The translations under genes and the position numbers were made by a program. 60,096 bases of DNA, taken from Chiloscyllium plagiosum. Lineage: Eukaryota. The DNA lies in assembly GCF_004010195.1 (NCBI RefSeq), contig NC_057757.1, forward strand, positions 2,588,327-2,648,422, written 5' to 3'. The number at the start of each line of letters is the position of its first letter. Position 1 is the stretch's first letter. The notes beneath the pieces were generated by a model. The model was not told where the DNA came from. It did no database searches and saw only the letters and a list, made by a program, of their open reading frames with translations. Positions 1 through 11,540 of the stretch are shown piece by piece.

Positions 1-25
1 CTCCAGTTTCCTCCCACAGTCCAAA

Positions 26-598
26 GATGTGCAGGTTAGGGTGTGTTGGCCGTGCTAAATTGTCCCATAGTGCCCAGGGATGTGCAGGTTAGGGTGGATT
101 GGCCGTGCTAAATTGTCCCATAGTGCCCAGGGATGTGCAGGTTAGGGTGGATTGGCCGTGCTAAATTGTCCCATAGTGCCCAGGGATGTGCAGGTTAGGG
201 TGGATTGGCCGTGCTAAATTGTCCCATAGTGCCCAGGGATGTGCAGGTTAGGGTGGATTGGCCGTGCTAAATTGTCCCATAGTGCCCAGGGATGTGCAGG
301 TTAGGGTGGATTGGCCGTGCTAAATTGTCCCATAGTGCCCAGGGATGTGCAGGTTAGGGTGGATTGGCCGTGCTAAATTGTCCCATAGTGCCCAGGGATG
401 TGCAGGTTAGGGTGGATTGGCCGTGCTAAATTGTCCCATAGTGCCCAGGGATGTGCAGGTTAGGGTGGATTGGCCGTGCTAAATTGTCCCATAGTGCCCA
501 GGGATGTGCAGGTTAGGGTGGATTGGCCGTGCTAAATTGTCCCATAGTGCCCAGGGATGTGCAGGTTAGGGTGGATTGGCCGTGCTAAATTGTCCCAT
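26..598 (+). repeat. 53-bp tandem array (~11 copies) expanded inside an HE1-type SINE
   Basis: Unit GATGTGCAGGTTAGGGTGGATTGGCCGTGCTAAATTGTCCCATAGTGCCCAGG repeats with period 53 and is preceded by SINE body sequence (tttcctcccacagtccaaag). Confidence 0.95.
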
Positions 599-750
599 TG
601 CGTGTGCTTCCCTGGTCGTTCTGGGTTTGGAGAGATTGCAAGTTTGGGGACATACTTTCCACATCTGCAGCCAAAATATTTGCCCCTCCCCGCAACATCA
701 GCCTCGATGGGAACAAGAAAAAACAATGGAAATCATGTGTGTATCACAAG

Positions 751-756
751 TTTATT
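751..756 (-). terminator. Probable polyadenylation signal (AATAAA) of LAMTOR4
   Basis: tttatt on the + strand, about 440 nt downstream of the LAMTOR4 stop. Confidence 0.55.
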
Positions 757-1192
757 GTGACTTAAACACCGCAAGTTACAAGGTAAGAAAGAACAGTGGG
801 TTCCACAGTACAGTAACTGTCTAAATTTCTACCACTCGCTCCTCCAACTGGAAGGCAATACACGATGGAGAAAGAGTCTGGTGGGATTTAGACCAATGCA
901 TTTTGAAGTACTTTTTTTTAAACTGGTTAATGCAAAAAAAAATTGAGGGGAAGAAAAATAATTTAGTCGAATAGCTTCACAGTTTCAGTGATTGTCAAAC
1001 CGTGCGAAAGGAGTCATTGAGAAGATGTGCCACGTTATGTTGAAGTTCTCGCTGCCCGATTGTGAAGGAGTGAGCTGCTCCGAAACAGAGTTCAAGAGTC
1101 ACCGCAGGAAACAAACTGATGTCCAAAGTCTGCAGGAAACATGATCCACGCCGTCAGGGACAGGAGCAGCTCCATCACTCGCTCTCTCACCG

Positions 1193-1290
1193 TCACACCT
1201 CAACCGCCTCGTGAGGATTATTGTGCCTTTTCACCACAAACACTTTCTGACCAGAGATTGTTGCCATGTATGTGTGCTCTCCGAATACCA
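1193..1290 (-). CDS. LAMTOR4: LAMTOR4 (Ragulator subunit) exon 4, last coding exon
   Basis: cag|TG GTA TTC GGA... reads (V)[31 protein letters not shown], matching the vertebrate LAMTOR4 C-terminus; phase-1 acceptor fits exon 3. Confidence 0.93.
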
Positions 1291-1804
1291 CTGCAGGCGA
1301 CAGAGTCCTGTTAGAGTTAGTGCCCAAGTGCTGACCCTACCTTTACAAGCCCTCTCACTCAACCCGTTACCACAGGATACATGGACAAGATTAGCCCTCC
1401 TGCCTTCCCCATCTACCTGCTCTGCCTTCCAACTAGATTGTGGCTAATTTTCCCCTTCCCCGTCAGTTTCCGCACACTATCCCCTTAATCTGCTAATATC
1501 TTTAATAGGTGCTAAACAAAAGGGGTACCGCACTCGGTAAATAGCAAATTGATCCCACTTTTGGGAGCGATCTCTTGCCCACATTATCAGGTCTATAAGA
1601 TGCTAAAGGCGATTAACAGAGAAGGAGGAAAGAGGATGGTTCCTCAGGTGAGGCAATGTAGAACGAGAGGTCGTAGCTTCAGCACAAAGGGGCAGCTGCT
1701 TTAAAACACAGATGGGGAGGAACTGCTTCTCTCACAGGGTCAGAAACCTGCAGAATTCACTCCCCTGCGGTGCGGTGGATTTTGGGACATTGACTAACTT
1801 TGAG

Positions 1805-2716
1805 TCGTCGTAGAGATGTACACCAACGGAAACAGACCCTTCGGTCCGTCCGTGCCGACCAGATATCCCAACCCAATCTAGTCCCACCTGCCAGCACCCG
1901 GCCCATATCCCTCCAAACCCTTCCTATTCATATCCCCATCCAGATACCTTTTAAATGCTGTAATTGTACCAGCCTCCACCACTTCCTCTGGCAGCTCATT
2001 CCATACACGTACCACNNNNNNNNNNNNNNNNNNNNNNNNNNNNNNNNNNNNNNNNNNNNNNNNNNNNNNNNNNNNNNNNNNNNNNNNNNNNNNNNNNNNN
2101 NNNNNNNNNNNNNNNNNNNNNNNNNNNNNNNNNNNNNNNNNNNNNNNNNNNNNNNNNNNNNNNNNNNNNNNNNNNNNNNNNNNNNNNNNNNNNNNNNNNN
2201 NNNNNNNNNNNNNNNNNNNNNNCAAGGAGCTATGAACCTGCACTCCAAGGTCTCTTTGTTCAGCAACACTCCCTAGGACCTTACCATTAAGTATATAAGT
2301 CCTGCTAAGATTTGCTTTCCCAAAATGCAGTACCTCGCATTTAATCTGAATTAAACTCCATCTGCCACCTCTCAGCCCATTGGCCCATCTGGTCCAGATT
2401 CTGTTGTAATCTGAGGTAACCCTCTTCGCTGTCCACTACACCTCCAATTCTGGTGTCATCTGCAAACTTGCTAACTGTACCTCTTATGGTCACATCCAAA
2501 TCATTTAAGAAAATGACAAGAGGTAGAGAGCCCAGCACCGATCCTTGTGGCACTCCACTGGTCACAGGCCTCCAGTCTGAAAAACCACCACCACCCTCTG
2601 TCTTCTACCTCTGAGCCAGTTCTGTATCCAAATGGCTAGTTCTCACTGTACTCCGTGAGATCTAACCTTGTTAACCGGTCTCCCATGGGGAACCTTGTCG
2701 AATGCCTTACTGAAGT
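1805..2716 (-). mobile_element. CR1 LINE 3' fragment (RT and 3' end), spans a gap
   Basis: ORF 2341..2565 has SGVPQGSVLG and KFADDT; ORF 1878..2243 has the CR1 C-terminal WNELPEEVVEAG. Confidence 0.85.
2016..2222. other. Assembly gap
   Basis: Run of N. Confidence 0.99.
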
Positions 2717-2999
2717 GATGGATATTTAAATCGGGAACAAGTTGAAAAGTAGTGGACAGGCAGGAACATGGTGTGGAGGCCGAGGTGAGTGTACTAAACG
2801 TTACAGCAGGTTTGAGGGGCTACTCCTGCCTCTTAGCACAGGAGAAATGGTGACCTAACGATGTGGTTAACAGGAGCTGATTCTCTACCCAGATCGCACT
2901 GCAGTGATAAAATGGGTTAAATCACCATTTACATTTCCCTGGATAAAAACCCATTCAACGTCACATCATTATAAGTCTGATTTACCCGTTAATTAGTTG

Positions 3000-3380
3000 G
3001 TAAACTTTTCTCCATGGAGGGGCGGAGGCTGAGGGGTGACCTTATAGAGGTCTATTAAACCATGAGGGGTGTGGATAGGGTGTATAGATGAGCTCTTTTC
3101 CCCAGGATAGGGGAAACCAAACATAGATGGTGGAGGGGGAACGATATAAACGGGATTAAGAGGTACCGTTTTCAGGCAGAGGGTGGTACATGTATGGAAT
3201 GAGCTGCCAGAGGAAGTGGTGGAGGCTGGTACAATTACAACATTTAAAAGGCATCTGTTGGGTAGAGGAATAGGAAGGGTTTGGAGGGATATGGGCCGGG
3301 TGCTGGCAGGTGAGATTAGATTATGTTAAGATATCTGGGCGGCATGGACAGGTTGGACAGAAGGGTCTATTTTCTCTCCA
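3000..3380 (+). mobile_element. CR1 LINE 3' end fragment
   Basis: gaggctgaggggtgaccttatagag and tggaatgagctgccagaggaagtggtggagg match the other CR1 3' ends in the window. Confidence 0.75.
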
Positions 3381-3509
3381 TCCCAACATAAACACTTAAT
3401 GTTCATGGCTTCATCTGTGCTACTGTTGATTTTCCTCACTTTCTTATTTACCACAATGCGCACCCTTTTATAGGCACATAACCAGTTCTCTAAGCCAACA
3501 CCAGATGGC

Positions 3510-3810
3510 GCCCAGGGATGTGCAGGTTAGGGTGGATTGGCCGTGCTAAATTGTCCCATAGTGCCCAGGGATGTGCAGGTTAGAGTGGATTGGCTGTGCT
3601 AAATTGTCCCATAGTGTCCAGGGATGTCCGGGTTAGGGTGGATTGGTCGTGCTAAATTGTCCCATAGTGCCCAGGGATGTCCGGGTTAGGGTGGATTGGC
3701 CGTGGTGAATGTGAGGTTCCAGGCTTGGGGTGGCTCTGGGTGGGGTACTGTTCAGTGGGTCGACATGTACTCACTGGACCAAATGTCCTGCTTCCACACT
3801 GTAGGGGACA
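3510..3810 (+). repeat. 53-bp unit array (~3.7 copies) plus HE1-type SINE tail
   Basis: Same unit as 26-598 with a few substitutions, followed by cttccacactgtaggg. Confidence 0.85.
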
Positions 3811-4259
3811 CTATGAATGGGAAAGCTGCATCCTGTCTCTCTCCTGCTCACCCCCTCCCCAAATTTAAAAAAAAAAGAGCAGGTTCTCAGGTCTGACTGC
3901 AAACTTCAGAGCGGACGGGGCGAGATGTTCTTTGCGTTGGGGAAGGGTTGACTGGCCAAGGTAGGTTGATGGAGCTATGGTGCAGAGCTTGGCTGTGATC
4001 TCCTCGAATGGCAGGTCATGGCTGAGTGGCCTTCCCCATCTTTCCCCTCCCTGTCCCCATTAACAAAACAAAAAGGGAAGGGGAGCTGAAATCCCACACT
4101 GACCGAGGAGAGCTGCCCATGTGGATGTCGTATTACTGTCCCACAGTGTTCAGGCCATCATCCTCAGCCTGTTCCACGCACAGAAGCACACCACTGCTTC
4201 CCGTTCCCCCCCTCAGCTTTCAATCCCGCCCTGAGGTACAGCGCAGCACGTTAACGTAC

Positions 4260-4377
4260 CTGACATTCTCTTGAAGAAAGGTTCGCTGCTGCCGTTCATG
4301 CAGAGTTTGACAGCCGTCTGCATCATGCGCATGATCACTCCCGCAGCGTGTTCATCGTTCTCCATCTCACCTGCTGA
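4260..4377 (-). CDS. LAMTOR4: LAMTOR4 exon 3
   Basis: ttcag|TCA GCA GGT...ATG TCA G|gtacgt; SAGEMENDEHAAGVIMRMMQTAVKLCMNGSSEPFFKRMS; 118 nt, phase 0 to 1. Confidence 0.93.
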
Positions 4378-4699
4378 CTGAACCGAAACACACGTCAGAG
4401 AGAGACGTAGGTTAGCAAACACTGCTGCTGCAACCAGCTCACACCTCGGCAGCCAAGAGGCTGCAGCCTGGCTTTAATCAGCGCCATACACCAGGCTGCA
4501 GGTCAATGGGCAGCTCTTCGGAAACAGGCCTTCCCTAGTTGGCTAGCTCCTCCTCCTTCCCAACGCGCTCCCCCCCCCTCCCCCCTTACCGGGTGGCTGT
4601 CTATTGGCTGTTGGCTCTGAAGGTTCTACAGCTTCCATCTCACACAGCAAAGCTCAAAGTTTCAGGATAAAGTTCCCAAAGGCAACATGATGTCGCACA

Positions 4700-4825
4700 G
4701 TCGGAGGGCCAGCCCCCGAGGGGGCGCCGCCCTGCCGGAGGGCCAGCCCCCGAGGGGGCGCCGCCCTGTCGGAGGGCCAGCCCCGCATTGTCAGAGGGAA
4801 AGTGCCGCCCTGTCGGAGGGAGCAC
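4700..4825. repeat. GC-rich ~34-bp minisatellite (about 3 degenerate copies)
   Basis: cggagggccagccc recurs at 4702, 4736 and 4770. Confidence 0.7.
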
Positions 4826-5052
4826 GCCTGTCTGCTCCATTCAGATGGCCCTTCCTGGTTGACAGAGAGATGTTGAGTTGATGCCTCAGCTATCCTGCCA
4901 TTCCTCACACACCTTCTGCTGAGCTCCGACCCATGCCCTAAACCTTTCCCCCTCCAGCAGCAGCCCTCAAACTCCGAGGGGAGTTCCCTCCCCTTTGTTC
5001 TTTGATCACACTGTGCCGCGCGCCCCCCCCCCCCGCCCTGAGTCAGACTCAC

Positions 5053-5133
5053 AGACAGGACTCCATCTTCACTGATGACAAGGTAACCCAGCTGATCTGG
5101 AATCCTTTCCAGGCCTTGTGTCAAAGTCGAAGC
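5053..5133 (-). CDS. LAMTOR4: LAMTOR4 exon 2
   Basis: taaccag|GCT TCG ACT TTG...CTG TCT|gtgagt; ASTLTQGLERIPDQLGYLVISEDGVLS; 81 nt, phase 0 to 0. Confidence 0.95.
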
Positions 5134-5705
5134 CTGGTTACAACAAGGAGAGACAACGTACAGTTAGAGCAGCAACAACGAGGAACAGCATAAAGGCATG
5201 GGTTCTCAGCAACTTTCAATCAAACGAGCTTTATTCTCACTAGTACTCAGAGGAGGAGAGTGAAAACTTTATGAGTTGGCACTAACATACAAAGGTACCT
5301 CAGTACACATTCTTCAGTCTAAATCTTCAGGAAAAATAAATTAGGAAAATAAAGAAATAATGAGGTGCAGCATTGCAGTTTGCTGGAATAAATTAGAAAC
5401 AAAAAGCTTGTGTGACCAGTGGACATTAAGAAAGGTGATGACATTACTGGGGTGCTGAATGGAAAAGAAAATGACAAAGGCTGATCCCAGGCTGCGCGGT
5501 AAATGGACATACAGAAATTACAGACCATTCAGCCCACTGACACAATCAGTGTTTCTGCTCCCCATTAGCCCCAGGCCACCTCCTCTCGCTCTTTCACTTG
5601 GGAGGAAAGTTGTTCACGGGATGTGGGTATAGCTGGCTGGACCAGCGTCTGTTACTCACCCCTCCCTGTCCTGGAGGAGGTTTGGTAAGGGGTGGGAGAG
5701 ACATC

Positions 5706-5914
5706 NNNNNNNNNNNNNNNNNNNNNNNNNNNNNNNNNNNNNNNNNNNNNNNNNNNNNNNNNNNNNNNNNNNNNNNNNNNNNNNNNNNNNNNNNNNNNNN
5801 NNNNNNNNNNNNNNNNNNNNNNNNNNNNNNNNNNNNNNNNNNNNNNNNNNNNNNNNNNNNNNNNNNNNNNNNNNNNNNNNNNNNNNNNNNNNNNNNNNNN
5901 NNNNNNNNNNNNNN
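5706..5914. other. Assembly gap
   Basis: Run of N. Confidence 0.99.
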
Positions 5915-6499
5915 GTGTGTGGGGGGTTGGGGGCGGGGGGGGGAGGGGAGACACCGCGGTGTAGGTCCCAGCGACACTGAAGGAGCGGCTGATATATTTC
6001 CACTTCAGGATGGCGAGGGGAGTGTGCCCTTGTCCCTCTAGGTGTTAGTGACTGTTGGAGCTCTTTCAAAATCATTTGAATTTAAAACAACGTAAATCAA
6101 AAGGGTGTCAGCCCGTGCAAGGGACCAAAAATCAAACTTTAAACCAACAACATGGAGGTTAAAGTGTCATTTTGATAATGCCCAGAAGCCCCTCCGGTGC
6201 CCACACACGTGCCCCAAACACTGCACACTCCCTCCCAAAGTCTCCCAGGCACAGACCCCAACAGTGAACAAGGGAGCAGACCAGCAGTCAGGCCAAACTG
6301 TCCTGTCAACCTCCCACTGTCCAAGGTCCTGCTTAACACCCAGACAGAGAGCAGACCCGTGACCAGCTCTGGCGGCTGGCCTGCCCTCCTGCTCGCTCTC
6401 CATCTCCCGCATTCACCCAGATTCCCACCCCGACCTTTCCCAAAGACAAACAGCTGAAACAGAGAAGCTCTCATTCCCCTCCCTGACACCCGAACCAAC

Positions 6500-9400
6500 C
6501 ATAACGTACAGACCCTTTACTATCTTAGATCATTCCAGTGCAGTACAAGCCCCTCAGCCCTCTATGCTGTGCTGACCTGTGGAACCAATCTGAAGCCCAT
6601 CTAACCTACACTATTCCATTCTTGTTCATATATTTATCCAATGACCATTTAAACACCCTTCAAGTTGGTGAGTCTATGACAATTGCAGGCAGTGCATCCC
6701 ATACCCCCTTCTACTCTGAGTAAAGAAACTACCCCTGACATCTGTCCTTTATCTATCACACCTCAATTTAAAGTTATGTCCCCATACTTGGAAAAAGGCT
6801 CTCCCTTGTCCACCCTCTCTAACCCTCTGATTATCTTGTATGTCTCTATTAAGTCACCTCTCAATCTTCTTCTCTCTAACGAAAACAGCCTCAAGTCCCT
6901 CAGCCTTTCCTCGTAAGACCTTCCCTCCATACCAGGCAACATCCTAGTAAATCTCCTCTGCGCCCTTTCCAAAGCTTCCACACCCTTCCTATAATGCGGT
7001 GATCAGAACTGTACACAATACTCCAAGTGCAGCCGCACCAGAGTTTTGTACAGCTGCAGCATAACATCATGGCTCCGAAACTCAATTCTTCTACCAATAA
7101 AAGCGAACATACCGTATACCTTCTTAACAACCCTATCAACCCGGTGGCAACTTTTAGGGATCTACCTGGACACCAAGATCTCTCTGCTCATCTACACTAC
7201 CAAGAATCTTACCATTAGCCCAGTACTCTGCATTCCGGTTACTCCGACCAAAGTGAATCACCTCACACTTTTCCGCATTAAACTCCATTTGCCACCTCTC
7301 AGCCCAGCTCTGTAGCTTATTTATGTTCCTCTGGAACCTGCAAAATTCTCCAGCACTATTCACAACTCCACCGATCTTAGTGTCGTCTGCAAATTTAATA
7401 ATCCATCCTTCTACCCCCTCATCCAGGTCATTTAGTAACTGAACTCCAGGATGAACATTTCCCATCAACCTGTCATCTTTCAGCTAACCAATTTCTGATC
7501 CAAACCACTAAATCACACTCAATCCCATGCCTCCGTATTTTGTGCAGTAGCCTCCTGTGGGGAACCTTATCATACGCCTTACTGAAATCTATATACACCA
7601 CATCAACCGGGTTACCCTCATCCACCTGTTTGGCTACCTTCTCAAAGAACTCAATGAGGTTTGTGAGGCTCAACCTACCCTTCACAAAACCGTGTTGACT
7701 ATCCCTAATCAACTTATTCCTCTCTAAATGATTATAAATCCTATCTTTTCCAACACTTTACCCACAACCGAAGTAAGGCTCACTGGTCTATAATTCACTG
7801 GTCTATAATTACCAGGGTTGTGTCTACTCCCCTTCTTGAACAAGGGAACCACATTTTCTATCCTCCAGTCTTCTGGCACTACTCCTGTAGACAATGACGA
7901 CATAAAGATCAAAGCCAAAGGCTCTGCAATCTCCTCCCTGGCTTCTCAGAGAATCCTCGGATAAATCCCATCCGGCCCAGGGGACTTATCTATTTTCACA
8001 CTTTCCAGAATTGCTAACACCTCCTCCTTATGCACCTCAATCCCATCTAGTCTAGTCGCCTGTTTCGCAGCATTCTCCTCTACCACATTGGCTTTTTCCA
8101 ATGTGAATAATAATGAAAAGGATTCATTTAGCGCTTCCCCTATCTCCTCTGACTCCATGCACAACTTCCCACTACGATCTTTGTTTGGCCCGAATCTTAC
8201 TTTAATGATTTTTTTTATTCCTGACATACCTATAGAAAGCTTTAGGGTTTTCCTTGATCCTATCTGCCAATGACTTCTCACGTCCCCTCCTGGCTCTTCT
8301 TAGCTCTCTCTTTAGGTCTTTCCTGGCTAACTTGCAACTCTCAATCGCCCTAACTGAGCCATCACATCTCATCCTAACATAAACCTTCTTCCTCTTGACA
8401 AGGCATTCAACTTCCTTCGTAAACCACAGCTCCCTTGCTTGACCACTTCCTCCCTGCCTGACAGATACATCCTTATCGAGGACACCCAATAGCTGTTCCT
8501 TAAATAAGCTCCACTTGTAATTCTGTCCATCCCCTGCAGTTTCCTTCCCCATCCTATGCATCCGAAATCTTGCCTAATTGCCTTTCCCCCAGTTATAACA
8601 CTTGCTCTGTGGTATATACCTATCCCTTTCCATCTCTGAACTAAACGTAACCGAACTGTGCTCATGATCACCAAAGTGCTCACCTATCTCCAAATCTAAC
8701 ACCTGGTCGGATACATTACTCAGTACCAAATCCAATATGGCATCGCCCCTGGTCAGTCTGTCTACATACTGTATCAGAAAACCCTCCTGCACACGTTGGA
8801 CAAAAACTGACCCGTTTAAAGTATTTGAGCTATAATATTTCCAGTCGAGAGTGTAGTGTTGAAAAAACACAGCAGGTCAGGCAGCATTCGAGGAGCTGGA
8901 GAATCGACGTTTTGGACATAAGCCCTTTATCAGAAAGGGCTCTCTTGCTCCTATCCAGAATCATCTTTGCTATCCTTTCCTCTACATCTCTGGAACTATT
9001 TGGAGGCCTATAGAAAACTCCCAACAGGGTGACCTCTCCTTTCCTGTTTCTAATCTCAGCCCATACTGCCTCAGTAGACGAGTCCTCAAATGCCCTTTCT
9101 GCCACCGTAATACTGTCCTTGACTAACAATGCCACACCTCCCCCATTTTACCATTTTCTCTGTTCTTACTGAAACATCTAAATCCAGGAATCTGCAACAA
9201 CTATTCCTGTCCCTGCTCTACCCATGTCTCTGAAATGGCCACAACATCAAAGTCCCAGGTACCAACCCATGCTGCAAGTTCACCCACCTTATTCCAGCTG
9301 CTCCTGGTGTTGAAGTAGACACACTTCAAATCAACTTCTTGCTTGCCGGTGCCTTCTTGCAACCTTGAAACCTCAGTTCTAACCTCACTACGCTCAATGT

Positions 9401-9570
9401 CCTGTCTACTCAAACAACAATTTCGGTTCTCATCCCCCCCCCACAGAATTAGTTTAAACCCACCCAAGCAGCATTAGCAAATTTATCCCACCCAGGATGT
9501 CGGTACCCCTCTGGTCCAGGTGAAGACCGTCCTGTTTGTAGAGGTCCCACCTACCCCAGAAAGAACCAGC
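6500..9570 (-). mobile_element. Long degenerate CR1 LINE (end of ORF1 esterase, ORF2 endonuclease and RT, 3' end) in LAMTOR4 intron 1
   Basis: Collinear ORF fragments WGRWDLYKQDGLHL, DVVAISETW, GVFYRPP, KSPGPDG, NYRPVSLTS, YIDFSKAYDKVPH, KFADDTK, RRRLRGDLIE; many frameshifts. Confidence 0.92.
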
Positions 9571-9954
9571 AATTAAAATCCAATTTCTTCCAGCCAGTTC
9601 AGAGGGTGGGGAATCCTTGGAACGGTCTCCCCAAGAATGCTGTGGAGGCTTAACCACCAAGTGTGTTCAACAAATTTCTAGACGTTGAAGATTTCAAGGT
9701 ATAACATGCACAGCTTTGGTCTCCTTACTTGAGAAAGGATGTACTGACACTGGGGGGGGGGGGGGAGTTCACTAGGTCGATTCCAGAATGGAGAAGGTTG
9801 GCATTTGAGGAGGTATTGAGTAGACTGGGACTATACTCATTGAAACTTAGCAGAGTGAGGGGAGAATCTTATAGAAACATATAAAGTTATTGCATGAAGA
9901 GAAGAGAGAAACAGGTGGGGCAGGCCATTCGGCCCTTCAAGCCTGGATTCCTGA

Positions 9955-10240
9955 AGCAAGATGGCAACGGATATGGACAGCTTCCAAGTGCAGATCTAAG
10001 TTTCCTATTTCCTACAATCGTTCAACACTCTAAAAACTTAATAGCATACTTTTAAAAATTACTAATAACTCTTGTTTTATCCATCATTTGCCTGTACCTG
10101 TGTTTTTTGTTTTTGCCGCTGTTTACTTGTTATTTACTTATGTATGCTACTTAACTCTGTGATCTGCCTGTAATTGCTCGCAAGACAAAGCTTTTCCCTG
10201 TGCCTGGGTACACATGACAATAAATTCAATTCAATTCAAT
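9955..10240 (+). mobile_element. Short non-autonomous element with a Rex1/Babar-like 3' tail
   Basis: Starts CAAGATGGC and ends ggtacacatgacaataaa(ttcaa)n; similar tails end near 16230 and 36225. Family assignment is from recall. Confidence 0.5.
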
Positions 10241-10733
10241 TTGGTGCCAGGAATGCCCCCTTTTCCACAGGAATCTCCAAGGCAGGACCCAGCTCCAGAT
10301 CTGGATTGGAGATATCCTTTTTTTTTTCAGATGCCTCCCTCCCCTTGCAAAGGATTGACACCCCCCACCCCCCACTCAAAATCCCCAAAGCAACAGCAGA
10401 TTGGTGCAAGCTAATGTTAGCTAGAATCAGTGCATTTAGCGCAATGCAAACGATTCGAGGTGGTGCAAATAAATAATTGCAATGTTTGGGTTAAGCCCAC
10501 TCGGGTTTTTGTTTTGGCCAGAACCTGTTCCAACTTTAAACAAGGAATGGCCAATGGCCGTGACCTATGACCTCCCAGGGTTGGCCAACCCCGGGAAAAG
10601 GGGGAAGAGGAGGTTAACGGCTTTCGGAAAGCGGCTCCCCCGCCTTGCCCCCGGACAAGGTGGACACCCCGAGTCGGGTCAGGGTGGGTTTCTTACCCCT
10701 ACCCCCCCCCCCCACAGCCCGGCTCGTACTCAC

Positions 10734-10736
10734 CAT
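10734..10736 (-). CDS. LAMTOR4: LAMTOR4 exon 1 coding part (ATG only)
   Basis: gctgATG|gtgagt inside a CpG island; the phase-0 donor gives a 99-aa protein with exons 2-4. Confidence 0.85.
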
Positions 10737-10759
10737 CAGCACGGAGCCCAGACACCACT

Positions 10760-11540
10760 TCAGCTTCCGCCCATCCGTCGCCCACGGCCCGCGTCACATG
10801 ACACTCGCATCCCGCCCGCCGCCGCGTTCTGATTCGCTCGACCCGAGCGTCGCCGGTTTCCAATTGGTCCGACGATCCGTCCGTCAAGCCCCGCCATTGG
10901 GGGGCCGGGCCCAGTCTGAACGCGACGATTGGACAGAAATCGGTGCGCCATTTAGTTCTGATTGGTCTGAATGATCGTCCATCATCACGCATTTGGCACC
11001 CGCCTCACGCCACATGGCTTCGGGTCCACCCCCTTCTTCAAAGGCGATTGGATACTACCTAGCGACTCTACCTCCTGTTTGATCAATACAGCCGTCCATC
11101 ATCCGTCAAACGACTCCCGCCCCTTACGTCACTGGTGGTCGTACGATTGGGCACACCTCTACCTTTCTATTGGTTCTGGGAGCTGGCAATCAGTTCACCG
11201 CGCAGCACCATGCCCCTTTTGTGTATCACATGACTTTCAGTCCCGAACGTCCACTGATTGGATGATACTTGTCCCTCTTCCCGCCCATCGATCGCGCGCG
11301 CCGATCACTCACCGATCGAGGCCCCGCCCTCCTGCTCACCAACCGTCGGTCTCGCCCCCACCTTCCTCCCAGCCGATTGGCGGGAAGGGCGCACCTGGCA
11401 TCCGATTGGTCGAAGTGGATGTCACCCCGCCTGCGTCGTTCACCGATTGGCCGATGCCAATGGACACGCTACACTCCGGTTGGACCGTCTCGCCGTCAAT
11501 CATCCCGCCCCCCTCTCGCGTGGAGACTGTCCGCTTGATG
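10760..11540. promoter_or_regulatory. CpG-island promoter of LAMTOR4 (possibly bidirectional) with many CCAAT boxes, M-box/CLEAR-like and GC-box motifs
   Basis: CpG-dense; ATTGG at 10863, 10896, 10928, 10961, 11047, 11146, 11169, 11257, 11376, 11405, 11446; GTCACATGAC 10793-10802; TCACATGA 11226-11233; TTACGTCA 11124-11131. Confidence 0.8.

Noticed and set aside
26-598. CRISPR array or telomeric repeat
   Set aside because: Units are contiguous with no unique spacers, there is only one TTAGGG per 53 bp, and the unit is SINE-derived.
4654-5052. 3' extension of the 156-aa ORF as part of LAMTOR4
   Set aside because: Similarity ends at the gtgagt donor (5052); the rest is intron read-through.
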